Shown piece by piece: positions 42,042 through 57,020 of a DNA stretch of 64,000 nt; positions within the stretch are counted from its first letter, which is position 1; the number at the start of each line of letters is the position of its first letter. Source of the stretch: Antedon mediterranea (taxonomy: Eukaryota > Animalia > Echinodermata); assembly GCF_964355755.1 (NCBI RefSeq), contig NC_092677.1, positions 26,151,175-26,215,174 on the forward strand, in the 5' to 3' direction. The notes below the pieces were generated by a model. That model saw only the letters and a list, made by a program, of their open reading frames with translations, had not been told where the DNA came from and did not search any database. The position numbers and the translations under genes are program-made.

Positions 42042-44808
42042 TTAATATATGGGAAAGTTCTTGGTTGGTAGTGGCCATACCAATTCTGAAATAAAAATGA
42101 AAAATTGAGTAAAAAAGTGCATCTTTAAAAATTGGTGTAGCCTGTCTAAATGTGAACTGCAGTGGCATAACACACATGGCCAAGTGCCCCTGGTTTAGCA
42201 CTCCTAAAGGGCCCTCCAATGCTGGATAGTTGCATAATAGACTGCTCATGTTGTGGGGCCCTGGCTTTAGCCAATGAGTGTTTATAGCCATTGCACCACC
42301 GGTGCTGTAACTTACCATTATCCAATACTATATCAAATGGTTGGTCATATTTCTCAAGGTAACTTTGTGGCGTAAAAAGCTCAGGTGATCGCAGCAAGTA
42401 ACCAATAAGATCTACAATGGAAACAAAATTACTTGTTAAGAAAACTGTTGGTTCGCTGTCAAGTGTGGGAAAAATGTTTTTTTTCTTGGTCAATGAATTT
42501 CTGCATAATTTTGATGTTACGTATAAAAAAAACCATTTCAAATGGGTTAGGGTTATTCTTGAAAATAATCATTGTCATAGCTTATGTAGTGGTATTGTGG
42601 CTTAGTAGTTTGCCAGCTTACCAACAAGACGTCTCCTTGGTTTAAGTCCTGTCATAGTTTTAAATTCATAGTTTAAAATATATATTTCTGTTAGTTCTTT
42701 TTATTTCTGTTAGTTCTTTTAAAACCAAATTACTTAATTATCTCAATATTTATTTTTTAAATAATTTTGATATTGAAAATGTGTGTAGTTGGTCGCTTTC
42801 TTGTCGATGTTTTTATTGTAGAACGTAATTTATTTATTTTTCTCTGTTCTGGGTTGACCAACTAGCATAGGTGTTTAGCACCTGTTTGGTCTTTCCGTGC
42901 CTCCTTTTATAATTGTTTTGTCTTCTTTATTTATGTATATGGCAGAAATTGAATAAATAAAAAAAAAAATAAAAAAAAATATGATTTACCTTGGGGAATG
43001 AGTAAATCTGGAACTTTCTCATGTAGGGAGTCCATAATATTCCTTTGTGTTATCTGGTAAGAAACAATTATGTTAGAAAAACATTCCGGCACACATGGTA
43101 TGTCTTAACTCTACAATATGGGATCATCTAGTTTTGAATAAATTCAAAACACTGACAATAGTCGCACTACGTCGTAAAGAAACACTAACTCAAAACACAG
43201 TTTTGAAAAGTTATTTATTTATTTTTTTTTTATTTATTAAGGTATAAAAACATCAAATTCCAACCAGAGCTGAAAAGGTTGGATTACAATCATAAACTGA
43301 AAAGTTCCTCCTATGTTTGTGTACAGTGGTGTAATGTAGGGGAAAAAGGCTCCTGGTTTTGCACTTTAAGGCCTCTCATGCTCTGGGACCCCCTGAGCTC
43401 TAGCTGGACCCCCTGAGCTCTAGCTGGACCCTCTGAGCTCTAGCTGGACCCCCTGAGCTCTAGCTGGACCCCCTGAGCTCTAGCTGGACCCCTGAGCTCT
43501 AGCTGGACCCCCTGAGCTCTAGCTGGACCCCCTGAGCTCTAGCTGGACCCCCTGAGCTCTAGCTGGACCCCCTGAGCTCTAGCTGGACCCCCTGAGCTCT
43601 AGCTAGGCCCCCTGGGTTTAGCTGGTGAGTGCTCATAGCCATTACGCCACTGTTTATGTAGAAAAGTGTGTGTGTGATTGCTAAGGTACGTGTTTGGTGA
43701 TAAATCTAAAATATTTCTGATTATGAACCATTACCTTTGGTTGCTTAGCAAGGTACGCCCCAAGTTTTAGTATCAACGTCAAACATTCTGGTACCTTAAA
43801 CGAAACATATACAGATGCCATCATATTTGTCATGAAACATTCAATGCAAACTATAGCAAATAGACGAGGTTATTGGGAAAATTAATGGGAAAAATTAAAG
43901 TTGTCCCATTGCACATTACAAGTTCATTTTGCATACAATTTTTCTGAATCTTACAAGCTTTTCTATTGGTTCGCTTGTTTCATATTCTTCCAATCGTGAG
44001 GCAGGCAAATTTAGCACCCTGAACGACCATTGTTGAAACAGCCGATTGGATACATTGCTCGAAATGACAAGAATTTTGCTGTTGCTGATTGGACTGTCCT
44101 CTGCCTCTGTTAGTTCCTTTAAGTCCCTAATGATCGAGATGATCTCTTCGCTGCACGTTTCAACAAGATGTACAAAGTAATTTGGATAGACGAGAAGTAA
44201 GCCGGTGGCGCTGTCTCCTTGGTAGTGGTTCTGCCAGTATTTTAACTGTTTATCATAATGCACTGCAAAAAAAACACACACTATAATAGACTGTTTATTG
44301 TCAATAGACCTAGTCTACTCTAGGATATGCCTATTATAATATTGTTTTAAATTAACTTAATTTAATACAAAACATTCAAATAAAAAAATAAAAAATAGGC
44401 CAAGCCAAGGCCTAAATAAAAATGTAAACAAAAATTACCACAAAGATCATTCTTGTCATTGAGATTTTCTGAAAGTTTGGCAACATACACCAACCGATGC
44501 AATAACGATTTCTGAAAAATAAAACCAATATAATATTTTTAAAGATATTTGACTCCTTTTTTTTCTAGGCCTAAGCCCTAGCCTATCTACTACTACTAGG
44601 CCTAGCCCTAGGTTGAGTATGCCAGCGGACCTGATCCACATTGTCATTGACAGCTCCCGTTCATTCATATAACGATCTAAAAAGACAAGTTAGTATTGTA
44701 TATAAAACCAACTGTAACCTTATTCAATGCCCTGTTTCTGTCTTCAATCACTTCTAAAAGATTTAGACGGGCACTTTCATACATTGAATCTGTTTTTGCA
44801 TCGCCCAT
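42042..44808 (-). CDS. TEX47: Testis-expressed protein 47-like (C7orf62), 7 exons
   Basis: Approximate exons: 44808-44719, 44511-44439, 44262-43955, 43794-43735, 43053-42990, 42411-42316, 42085-42042. Translation MGDAKT..RLNLLEVIEDRNRALNK|KSLLHRLVYVAKLS..TGLLLVYPNYFVHLVE..KILVIS..RLFQQW..FDIVLDNELVWPLP resembles the TEX47 family from memory. Confidence 0.75.
43324..43652. mobile_element. hAT-type MITE with an internal ~21-bp tandem expansion
   Basis: CAGTGGTGTAATG..CATTACGCCACTG, TSD TTTGTGTA/TTTATGTA. GGACCCCCTGAGCTCTAGCT repeated about 10 times at 43385-43605. Confidence 0.85.
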
Positions 44809-44931
44809 ATTATTATTTTTACACTTTAAAAAGGGAAGTAAATAAAACAAATTGCTCTATAGCCTTGACGAGCGTAATGTATCCAAGCAACACTACTTAC
44901 AAAAGTTGAAGAGCTCCCTCAATTGTTTTAA

Positions 44932-45526
44932 AGCTCAGGTACAGGCAGGAATTTTAAAAATAATATCTGGTTAATTGTACATAAATCTAATATTTGTAAC
45001 AGAAATCAAGACGAAAAAACATGAATTTCCCCTATTATGGTCAAATACAAAATTTGGCAAAATTCTGCCAAAAAAACTAGGAAGACTTTTTTTCAGTAGA
45101 TAGGTAGTTAACATAATGTAATAACATGTCTGGTGACTCCCTAGAAGGTGAAAAAAGATAGTGGATATACGGTGGATAATTTTTGCTATAACATGAAAAT
45201 AAAATTCTAAAGTTGAATAAAAATACCAGAAATGTAAAATTCAAGTTATATTACCTATATTTAGTCATCTGATAACATTTTTTACCACACCGTTTATTTT
45301 TCATAGCTTTTTAAAATGCCTCTCTATTTTCAAAATTTGTGTACAAAAGAATAGAGATTTTACTGTGTAATTTGAACTATCCCCCCACTGATAAGAAAGT
45401 GGTAATTTTCAAAAAGCTTGTGTAAACACAAATAAAATCCCAAAAATTATGAAACATAGGGGAAACTATAGATCGATAATTATTGGAATGTATGATCAAT
45501 AGAAATTTTTTGCCCGCACCTGGCCT
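44932..45526. mobile_element. Kolobok-type non-autonomous element between the TEX47-like and PTPN starts
   Basis: TTAA on both sides. Imperfect TIR AGCTCAGGTACAGGCA / TGCCCGCACCTGGCCT. Confidence 0.6.
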
Positions 45527-45886
45527 TTAAAACCACACAGCCGGTCGCCGTACAAACAATCGTTTCTGGATAGATTTCACGGCAGCCTTTCAAATAAACT
45601 TAGCTTGGAGAAACGTTGCGCCCTCTATCAACCGAAGTCATCATGAAATACGATAACTTCCGGTTTGTAAGTTTCTTGGAAAACCCTGCGGTTGGTGAGC
45701 GTCCCCGTGAAATAAAACAAGTCAAGTAGGCAATTGTTAGTTCACAATCGCATGCACAGTTTTTTCTGCTTTTTTGGCAACAAAATAGCACAGTACAGTA
45801 CTTACATCCGTGTTTACTTGACATGTCAATAGACAAAGTTTTCATATTCCATTATTAGAACGTTATGTATTAAAACTACTACTAAA

Positions 45887-48800
45887 ATGGAAGAGACATT
45901 TTCACAGATAGACGAGGAATCAAGCGGATGGGCAAACGAGTTTATGGTGAGGACTCAAGGTGTCTTTCAAGCTAGTTTAGATTCGCCTTGGTTGGCTGGT
46001 GCTTTTGGTTATATTAGGCCTAGCTTTTTATAATAGAAGTATAACATGTATAACTGCATGCATTACTTTTTAATATTAAAAATAATTACGTTTATTATTA
46101 CATAAATTGTTTATAAAAATGGAATTGATCATATTCTATAAATTTACAATTTAACATTTTAGGCCTTACTTAAATTATAATATGGTTTTCAATTTTTTTT
46201 AATAGTTAAAACAAAAACAAGTATAGATAGGCCTATTCTATTTTAATTGAACAAAAAATACAGAACTACTATATTTACAAGATTGGAAGATTGGAGTGAA
46301 GTGAATTGCTCTGTTTCAACTATGTAATTTAACAGTTGTTTAATAATATTTAATATGGATGGAATATGTTCCATTTGATCGTCTACAGTATATTGCCATT
46401 TCCTTCGCTCCACCGTACCAAAACAAAAGCTCGCTCGCTATTGTACATAACATCTCTCCACTACTAATTTTAAATTAGGGAGTGTAATCAATTAACCAAC
46501 GTGGTTTATAAACTTCACGTCTAGGTCTATTTTTATCAAATGTATGTACAACAGTATCTTTCTGTTTCTGTGTGGTTAGATCATTTGTTAGGTATTTAGC
46601 ATTCCAGATCTTTCCATCATCTAGCTCATATGTAGCATTACTAACAATTCTTTTAATTTTACCTCCAGTATAGAACTTATTACTTGATTTATCAACATGT
46701 CTCGGATTCTTAATTCGTACTGAATCTCCAACTTTAAATTGTGGTTTCCTCACATTTTTCTTATCATCGTAATACTTCTTACTTTTACTTTGGAACTCTT
46801 TACCTCAGTATTTTTAATTCCATTTTGGTAACCATCTGTAGGTCTTACATTTAGTGTTAGTAATTAATTTACGCTTATGTAAAAGTTCTGCAGGAGATAT
46901 GCCTGTAACAGCATGAGGTGTAGATCGATAGATCATGAGAAATTCTAACATGGCCTCATTCCAATTCTTATTATTTTCATTGGCCATTTGAATGGTATGT
47001 TTAATTGTTTTATTCATTCTTTCAACTAATCCATTACTTTTAGGATAGTACAATGATGTTATAATGTGTTTAATACCTCTCTCCTTTAAATAATTTTCAA
47101 ACTCTATGGATACAAATGGTTTCCCATTATCGGATACCAACTCATTTGGTAATCCTTCTCTTGGAAATATCTGGTCTAGAAAATTACATACAAATGTAGA
47201 TGTAATATCATTAGTAAAAGAAACTTCTGGCCATTTACTGAAATAGTCAACTAGCACAATAGCATATCTACACTTTCTAGGTCCCTTTTCAAATGGGCCT
47301 ATTATATCAATAGCAACTTTTTGCCATGCATGTTCTGGTAACGCAATTGGTTGTAATGGCGCATTGTAAGTTTTAGCCGTCTTATCACTATTTTGACACG
47401 GTTCACAATTCTTAATTTTATCTTCTACTTTACGATCTGTAGCAGGAAACCAGTATAGTTCTCTAATCCTGTTTTTAGTTCGTACAATACCTTGATGTGC
47501 AGTATGTGCTTCATCAATTATTTTATATTGCAATGATTTTGGGATTACCAGTCTCTCCCCCCTCATAATTAAATCATCATTTAAACACAATTCATCTTTT
47601 ACAAAGTAGTAAGGTTTTAATTCCTCATTTAACATTTTCTTACTTGGCCATGCAGTTTTAATATACTTCTTAAGTAATGTTGACACATGATCAGTATTTG
47701 TTTCCTTAATTAACTCTTGTTTTGTAATGCAAGTGTTAGCATCCAATATATAACTTAATACATATTCATCACTATTATCAACAGAAGGATTATTTTCTGT
47801 TATGGGGAGTCTACTTAAAGCATCGGCAACAGCATTATTTTGCCCTGTAACATATTCAATCACATAATCTAAATTAAGTAGCCCATCTAGCAATTCGTAT
47901 GGTTTTATGACCTGTAGCACATGAACTTAGCAATTTCAAATTAGCTTTGTGGTCAGTACGTAATGTAAATTTGTTACCCCATAAGTAATTAACCCATTTT
48001 TTACACGCATATACACAAGCTAATGCTTCTGTCTCTCCCGTTGAATAATTACGCTCTGCACTTGTTAATGTACGGGATGTAAATGCAATAGGAATTTCAA
48101 TGTTATCTTTAATTTGACTTAGCACACCACCTATTCCGTAATCTGAACTATCAGTGGTAACAATCACTGGTAATTTGGGGTCAAACAAATTCAATGCAGT
48201 ACTTTTAGCAATACAATTCTTTAATTTATCAAATGCGGCTTGTTGTTCAGTACCCCACACAAACGCATTTTCTTTCCTTAGCAAATACCTTAATGGTTCT
48301 GATGTAGTCGCATAATTTGGTACAAATTTTGCATATTATCCAAACATTCCCAAAGCAGTTCTCAATTCAGAGATGTTGTTTGGAATGTTTGCCTCGATTA
48401 TGGCTTTTACGTGGTCATTATCAGGTTGAAGTCCTGAAGCCGAAATTGTATGACCTACGTATGAAATTTGTTTCACTCTAAATTGGCATTTATCAAGGTT
48501 TAGCGTTAACCCTGCCTTTTGTATTTAAGGTGCAACATTGTATAGTCCATATTAATAGATATAAATGTTGATGTTCATCTTTACCAAAGACAACAATATC
48601 GTCAAGATAGCAACGTACCCCCTTTTCATTCATTAGGATTGAACTCACTGTTTTCTGAAATGCAGATGGTGCGGAAGCAAGACCAAAACATACTCTCTTA
48701 TAACGGTAAAGGCCTTTATGTGTAATAAAACCAGTTAAATCCCTACTTTCTTTATGTAATGTTAATTGATAGTACGCAGATCTAAGATCTAACGTAGAAA

Positions 48801-51800
48801 ATACAGTAGCACCATGCAATGAATTGAATAATTCTGAAATATCGGGTAAAGGAAATTGGTCTACTACAAGTTCTTTGTTAACTTCTCTTAAATCTATACA
48901 AATACGTACATCACCAGATTTGTTACCTACTACCACAATTAGACTTTAATTTTCTCTATAATTCCTTGGCTTTCTAACCTATCAAGTTCTTTAGCAACTT
49001 TGTCTCTTACCGTAAATGGTAAGCTTTGTAATTTCTGTATTTTAGGTGTACAGTGTTTGTGGACCATAACTTTATGTACGAAATCCTTCGTGAGTCCCAC
49101 ATTCCCATTGAACAATCTGGGATAGTTCTTTTTCAGTTCTTGTTTGTATTCAGCATCATCAGTTGTAGCAACTTGGACGCAAGCAATTTGTCCTTTCACA
49201 ATGTTAATATTTAGGTTGCTAATTAAGTCCATCCCGAGAATAGGCGATCCTTTTTCTACGATGTAAATCTTCGCGTGCACTTTATTCTCTGGCTCACTTG
49301 TAAGCGTAACCGGGTAAATTCACAAATCCATGCACATGTATCGGTTCCTTGGAGTAGCTCATCAGTTTGATTGACGCCTTTTGTAGAGCTTCGTTGACAA
49401 AATATCGATTATAGATTCTTTTGGGTAGAATTGTAACTGGTGAACCAGTATCTATGGTCATGTTCACTTTTGCTGAATGACCTATCAATACGTCAGTGCG
49501 TAATTTTCTGTTAACCATCATATTAACAGACATGGTTTCATCAATATTTTCAATTTCAACACTTCTGCAAACACTAGCAAAATGTCCTATCTTACGGCAT
49601 TTATTGCATTTAGCTTTCTTTGCCTTGCATTTGACATCATCGGCTTTGTGCGATTTCGAACCAAAACGAAAACAGTACTCACTGGATTTGTATTTTGCTG
49701 GCTGTTGTTTAGGTTTGTAATTACTCTTTCGTATCTGCTCAACAGATACTGGTAGTTCAGCTTTACCTATTATTTGGCATTCTTTAACTAATGGCGTTAA
49801 AGACATAATTCCTTGAGTGACAAACAAATATTGCCGTACGGACACACAAACACATTGCCATATGAACAAATTGCCGTATGGTTAAATTGGCGTAAGGACA
49901 AAAATTGGCGTAAGGACAAAAATTGGCGTAAGGACAAAAATTGGCGTAAGGACAAAAATTGGCGTTAAGGACAAAAATTGCCATTAGTTTGCCTTACGGG
50001 AGCGGAATTGTTCGTACGGCAACGTTTGTCTATTTTTGCCCTAATGGCCGCCCATATCATCTTGCCTACTGGCACCATAGCTAGACATAACATACAGTAA
50101 ATTAAAAACTATCGGTGAATTGTTGGAATAAATTAATTGTTTAATTAAACAGTTGGCTATTTTAAAAGTGTATGTAAAGTTCTGTACAATAATAATAAAA
50201 ACTGAAAATATATAATATATTCAATTTTTTATTGTACTTAAATGTTTTTTAACTTTATGCATCACGCACTCTATGCAAAAAAAAATTGATTTCAGCAGCT
50301 ACTGTAGTAGCCTTCAACTATTGCTCATACTGTAAGTGGAAAAAGAAACCAAAATACTGAAAATACCAAAATATACACAATACTTGTCAAAATGCCAATG
50401 CTTTGTGGAAAAAGAATTACCACAAACCTTTATTTAATAAAGTGGTTTTGCTAAATTACAAGTTTATTTTTGTATTTAACCAAGAATGTTGATGACAGCT
50501 ACTGGGCAGGATGTACTTCCTTTTGTGTTCCACTTTGTTTCTGATCACTTGTGGTTTACCTCGGACACTGACTGAAAGAATGTCATTTTTTTTCGGCTGT
50601 GAAAATTTGTATGACAACATGAATCAACCTTTGAATACAATATAGAATTTGTTTATTAACGTCACCTGGGATCAAACTGGCACCGCATCCACCTTTTCTG
50701 TTAGCACACCGCAATCATACCTCCCATGCCCATTCTGTTTTGTGTACCTTGTCTTTGTATATTTATACCTTCCTATTACCGTTCTGCAGTTGTCTAAAAC
50801 TCTGTCTACACTATCAAAGTTTATGTGACAAAAAAATCTTATGTGCCCATAATTATATGAACATGTTATATCTCTGCCATATTTGGGCATATCATTATCA
50901 TATTTGGGCACATCACTCATAATTGATTACACTTTGTATTAAGATCTGTCTAAACTAGTTTGAAAAAAAGTGTGATGTACCTAAATATGATAGTGATATG
51001 AAATAACAATGTCCATATATGGGCACATCACATTTTAAAGTTTAAATAGTGTACTGTAGACAGAACTTTATTAACACAAAACCAAAATTGTTCTTTTTCG
51101 TAGTAAAATAACGGACTAATTTCCTGTTGATTTCGTAATTTGTTAATTCATTGTTGCAAGAAAGTGGGAAATAGATGAATGTAATTAACTTTTTCCTGTT
51201 TTTATTACAGAAAATTCAAACAAATTGTTTTGAATTCAACTACACAACTTTAGAAGCTAAGAAGCCAGACAGTAAAAAAAGAAACAGGTATCGTGATGTG
51301 CTACCATGTAAGTAACACACTCTCTATGATATACTGAACGAATTTGTGCCCAAATATGATAGTGATATGCTTAAATATGGTAGTGATACAGAGACAAATT
51401 TCATTTTAAAATTTTGTTTAGCATTATTGCTAATTAAACTGATTTTTGAGTCAAGAAACATAGTTTTCTATTGTATTTTTTGCTAAGCAATTTTAGAAAT
51501 GTATAGCAATAAGGTTGTTTTGTATACTGTAGCTTTTTGCTGGCGAAATTATTCCCTGGTGATATGCTTAAATATGGTAGTGATATGCTTAAATATGGTA
51601 GTGATATGCTTAAATATGGTAGTGATATGCTTAAATATGGTAGTGATATGCTTAAATATGGTAGTGATATGCTTAAATATGGTAGTGATATACTTAAATA
51701 TGGTAGTGATATGCTTAAATATGGTAGTGATATGCTTAAATATGGTAGTGATATGCTTAAATATGGTAGTGATATGCTCAAATATGGTAGTGATATGACA

Positions 51801-54800
51801 TCATCATGTCCATATATGGGCACATTTTTTTGCCATATAAAGTTTGATAGTTTAGAGTAGACAGAGATTTAGGGATCATAGCATAATTATTCTATACTGC
51901 AATTGATGCAGTAATCTACATTATTTACCGCCGCAATAATGTACGATTTTATTTAGTTCATTTCTGCTGTAGTACTTGGTGTAATAATTATTGTGTATGA
52001 TTCGTGTAAGAATATTGAGCACTTTAATATTTAACAGTACTGTAACTCTTGATTCATCTTTGTTATAATAAAATTTTAATTTCAATCTTAATTGTAATGT
52101 AAAATAGTATAAAAAGAATATTCATTAATTACAAACAAAGTATTTATTATTACATGTATTTTTACTAAATCAATTAATTCTACAGATCATTTTATATAAT
52201 TTCTAATTTTACAGTATAAATTGTGAAAATTTCCCGTAATTGAAAGTAGAATGTGATTCCTATTGAAATCATAACTAAGTTCTTTATTAATAGTAATAAT
52301 AATTATGTAATTTAATTTAATAATGATAGTACAGTACATTACTAATTCTTTCATTATTATAGAAATTTCTTGGAAAAAGACAATTGACAGTTTTTTCATT
52401 AGGAATCAAAGTGATATTAATTATTAATTAATAGTTATTGATCATTTTCATTCTTAGTCCGATAAAAACAGTCAAAAATGTAATTGAACTTTGAGTAGAG
52501 TAGTTTAGTTTTCTTTGTAAAAAATCTTTTAAAAACAAAAAATTACATTTTATAATAATTGTACATTAAAGAATTAATTCTCAGCAATGTGCTTTCTACT
52601 TTGTTTCTTAATTTACCTGTTTTTAGCCATGTATTTTTTTATGAAATTGTTCGCAATTTGACCTAAATAATAAATAATTATTAAGAAACTTCATATTTCA
52701 TAATTTTCACAAGTGACTTGATGGTTATGATGCTTGGGTACCAATCCCAGGGTCCTGGGTTTAAGTCCTGTCATATGTCAGGATTTTTTCTAATAACAAA
52801 TTACAACTCCACTCCCAAAGACTTTGTAATAAGATTTTGTTTATGTAGAGCATCTTGTGTATATGTTTGTCTTATGAACAGGATTGCCACCTTTAAAAGG
52901 ATAGTGAATTAATTCGTTTTCTTTATCCTTGGCAATTTGTCTAAATAAATATAAAAAAAAAAAGTAAATTCAAATTGATGTAAATCTCTATATTACAGAT
53001 GATCACAGTCGAGTAAAACTTGACGCTGGGAAGAATGACTACATCAACGCTAGTCATGTCCAGGGCAAGAAAGCATCAAAGAAATATATCCTCACACAGG
53101 TATGTACAGTAATTCGGTTTTACTTGGGTATAAGCCCATGGGGGAAATTGTGCTGGATGGAACTGGGCAGGGACATCTACTGTAAATTTAACTCAGCCAA
53201 GCTCACTCACAAACTCGCCCTATATAGAAACCAAAAGATGCCTGTTTTATTTTATACCCATCCGCTATTTTTACGCCCTAGGTCACTTAACACTGTTTCA
53301 CTGTTAATTTAACTCGGTCAAGCTCACGCACAAACTCACTCAAGAAACCAATAAGATGCCTGTTTTAGTTTGTTCCCATCCACTTTTTTTACGCTGACAC
53401 CTACCCCCTAGGTAACTCAGCTAATGTACATTCTGTAAGCCCAACAACTTTTACAGAATATGTTGGGGGTTTACCATAATGTGTAAAATATTTTACAATA
53501 AGTTGTATACATGTGTTATGTACAGGTGGATATTATGCAAATCAAGCTTGCTACTTACAGTTACACAGTTTCATTCCATTTGTGGTTTCAAATTTTATTT
53601 TTTTTCAAAACCAGATTATAAGCTGTTTGAGATTCTACGATAACTCGTAAAATGCAACTGTACATGAGTCATTCATGTTTCTCCTTTGCATATTTAATAC
53701 CTTCTTGGAATTCTGTCGTACATAAACAATTTGAAAGTGTTCCATGCAAAAATTATTTATTAAGTATTGCTAAATGGCACATTAAGAACCATTTTATTAT
53801 ATGTACTGTATTTCACTTGCTAAAGTGTCAATGCTGTAGTATTGAAGTTCCAAATTTTTATAAATATGCCAAGATAAATGTTTTATTAAAACATTAATGT
53901 ACAGTATGACACATGGTTTTATTACTTTGATAGTTGGAATATTTAGGCTTACTCATTGGCCATGTCAAACGAGTCAGATGTGTGTGTGTGTGCGCGTTGA
54001 TGATAAAAAATGACTTAAATTATCCCCTTCAATGCAGACTACATTTCTAAGCACTTCAAATTTACAATACTATTACAATTACAAGCACTTTCTATCTGAC
54101 AAATAAAGATAATATACAGTTCTAAGTTAATTTAACAGATGTCTCATTATGAGAAAACTGTTAAATGCTATAAGTGGAACTAGGGCAGTCTGGCTGTCTG
54201 GCCTCATAATGTCATAGTGTTAATAGTTCTTGGAAATATTCGCTAGAAAATCCATCAACTGTAAATAAAAACGTAATTTTATATCTTTGACTAAAAATAT
54301 TTACTAATAGAAAGTTAATTGTTTTTGAATGTTCATGCCTTTGAAAGGTATCCATACTCTCTATGCAAACGACAGACTCAAACTTTTTTTTTTTTCTTCG
54401 GTAAATGTTTTTGGAAAAACAAAACTATAGAAAATTAATCCTGGCTTAATTTAACAGTCTTAACAGTCTATCTACACTATCACTAGATTGACAAAAAGAA
54501 GTGCCCAAATATGGTAGTATATGCCCAAATATGGTAGTGATATGCCCAAATATGGTAGTGATATGCCTAAATATGGTAGTGATATTACATCATCATGTCC
54601 ATATATGGGCACATCACATGTTTTTTTGTCAGATAAAGTTTGATAGTGTAGACAGAGCTTTACACGATATGAGCTGGTAATTACTGTATATTTCATTCCA
54701 CGAATCGTACAAAATATTCGGCAAATCAAATGAACAGACCTGTAAATCTCATTACAAAAAATCGTAAATAAACCTGGCTTAACAGTTTGTCAGTTTGTCT

Positions 54801-56987
54801 ACAGTCATAAAATGAATTTCTAAATTTGGACATAGGGGTATGTTGCAACAAAATTGTCAATACTATTTTCTTCGGATTCATACAATACTATGTCACAATA
54901 ACAAGAAAATAAAACAGGCAAAATTTGAATTACTGTACTACCAGAAGTAATGATATTTTCCATATGCAAAACTACTGTACAAACAAGCACGAATGTGCAA
55001 TACTCGGGGTACAGCGAAAGAAGGTACCAGGTACCTTCTGCGTGTTTTTAAGTAAACGTGATAACCACTACGCCAACAAGCCGCATATAACTACATAGCG
55101 CTGTGGTGTGTGTCACACATTGTGGCTTCCTAATTAAACAAATTAATTAACAAAAAATTAAAAATCCGGCTCTATAGCTTTGAGGACATGTCCCTGTAGT
55201 ATATTCATGCCAAATCCCAGCTCAATACTACAACTAATAATGGAGGAGTAGTACTTTAAAAATCGCACTTTTTACTCAATAGTGTCCAGATGGAGGAGGA
55301 GAAAATGAGTAAGTCCTAGACTCGGGTACCCCGAGTAAAAATCTAATTAAAGACAGAATACTGTAGATATTAAATATTTGTTTACTACATGTCAAAATAT
55401 GTTTTAAACATTTTATAGCTTTATATATTGTTTTATTATATTTGATATCATATTTCTTTTAAAACAGGGACCAAAGGATAATACCGTTGGTCATTTTTGG
55501 CAAATGGTCTGGGAGCAAGACTGCAAAGTTATTGTAATGCTCAACAAAGTTATTGAAAAAGGAGTGGTAGGTTCAAATCATTAGCAAATCATAATTATTA
55601 TTTCAATATTAAGTTAATAAATTCACTTAATATCACGTCTACTGGGCAGGGATGTTACACAAATGAGGGTATAACCCAGGCTTACTCTAAATTTAATTTT
55701 AAGAATTTTCATCCAGTCTAATTTTCAACTTTTTGGGAAATCAGAAAAAAATTTTGGTCAGTATGGGAGCAATTGTCACACAGAAATGATTGTCACACAG
55801 GAGCAATTGTCACACAGAAGCAATTGTCACACAGAAATAAAATTGTCACACAGAAATAAAATTGTCACACAGAAGCAAAATTGTCACACAGAAGCAAAAT
55901 GTCACACAGAAGCAAAATTGTCACACAAGTAAAATTGTCACACAGAAGCAAAAATGTCACACAGGAGCAATTGTCACAAAATTGTCACACATAAACAAAA
56001 TTGTCACACAGAAGCAATTGTCACACAATTGTCACACAGAAACAATTGTCACACAGAAACAAAATGTCACACATAAACAAAAGTCACACAATTGTCACAC
56101 AGAAGCAATTCTCACACAGAAACAAAATGTCACACAGAAGCAAAATGTCACACAGAAGCAAAATGTCACACAGAAGCAATATGTCACCATGGAGGTGTCA
56201 CACAGAAGCAAAATGTCACACAGAAGCAAAATGTCACACAGAAGCAATTGTCACACAGGAGCAATTTTGGAGGTTCAAAGTTCAGTGTGATAACATTCAG
56301 CAGTTTTTACAACTATGTCAAACATCATCTAAATCAATTGTTGATATAAAGGAGAATCTGAACTTGAAATCAAGACATAAAGAGCATTTGAAAGTTGAAT
56401 AGGTAGTTGGTCACGTCATCAGGCTTGGCAGACAAATTTCTTTGAAATCGGTATTCATTTTAAAGCTTATAGCGATTATAAAATGAATACATGAATTGAT
56501 AAGATTATCTATGTATGACAACAGATGGTTTTAATGGCGTGATAGACTAAGTAAATATTGTAACAACAACATTTCCTAGAAATATACTTACTGTGATTAT
56601 AATTGTATTATTATCTTAGATGTTATATCTCTGAAAAACAAATTCTACAGCAAGGTTTATTTTTATTTTTATTTATCATTTGCTAACATCAATAATAAGA
56701 AAATATTATAGCAATCCGTTAAAAGAAGCTCACATTTGAAAGTCACAGACTATAACATTTTTATCTTTCTCATTTCATTTCATTTCATTTATTTCATCTC
56801 ACATAATTATAACAAAAAAATAACAAACAATAGAGAGAGACAGGATTCCCAAAATCGAACTAAATCAAACTATCAAGTGGGTCTCCAGCAAAACAAAATC
56901 ATCCAACAATAAAATACAAAATTACAACATTAAAAACAACGTGAAGATTAAAAAAGTACAAAATATCTATACAAAAGTTACCCAAGA

Positions 56988-57020
<33 letters not shown>

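Noticed and set aside
51434-51860. Repetitive ORFs (ISLPYL/KYGSDM), and similar ones at 20331-20595, 54472-54729, 55862-56402 and 49784-49984
   Set aside because: They are translations of non-coding MITE or minisatellite repeats that are open in several frames.
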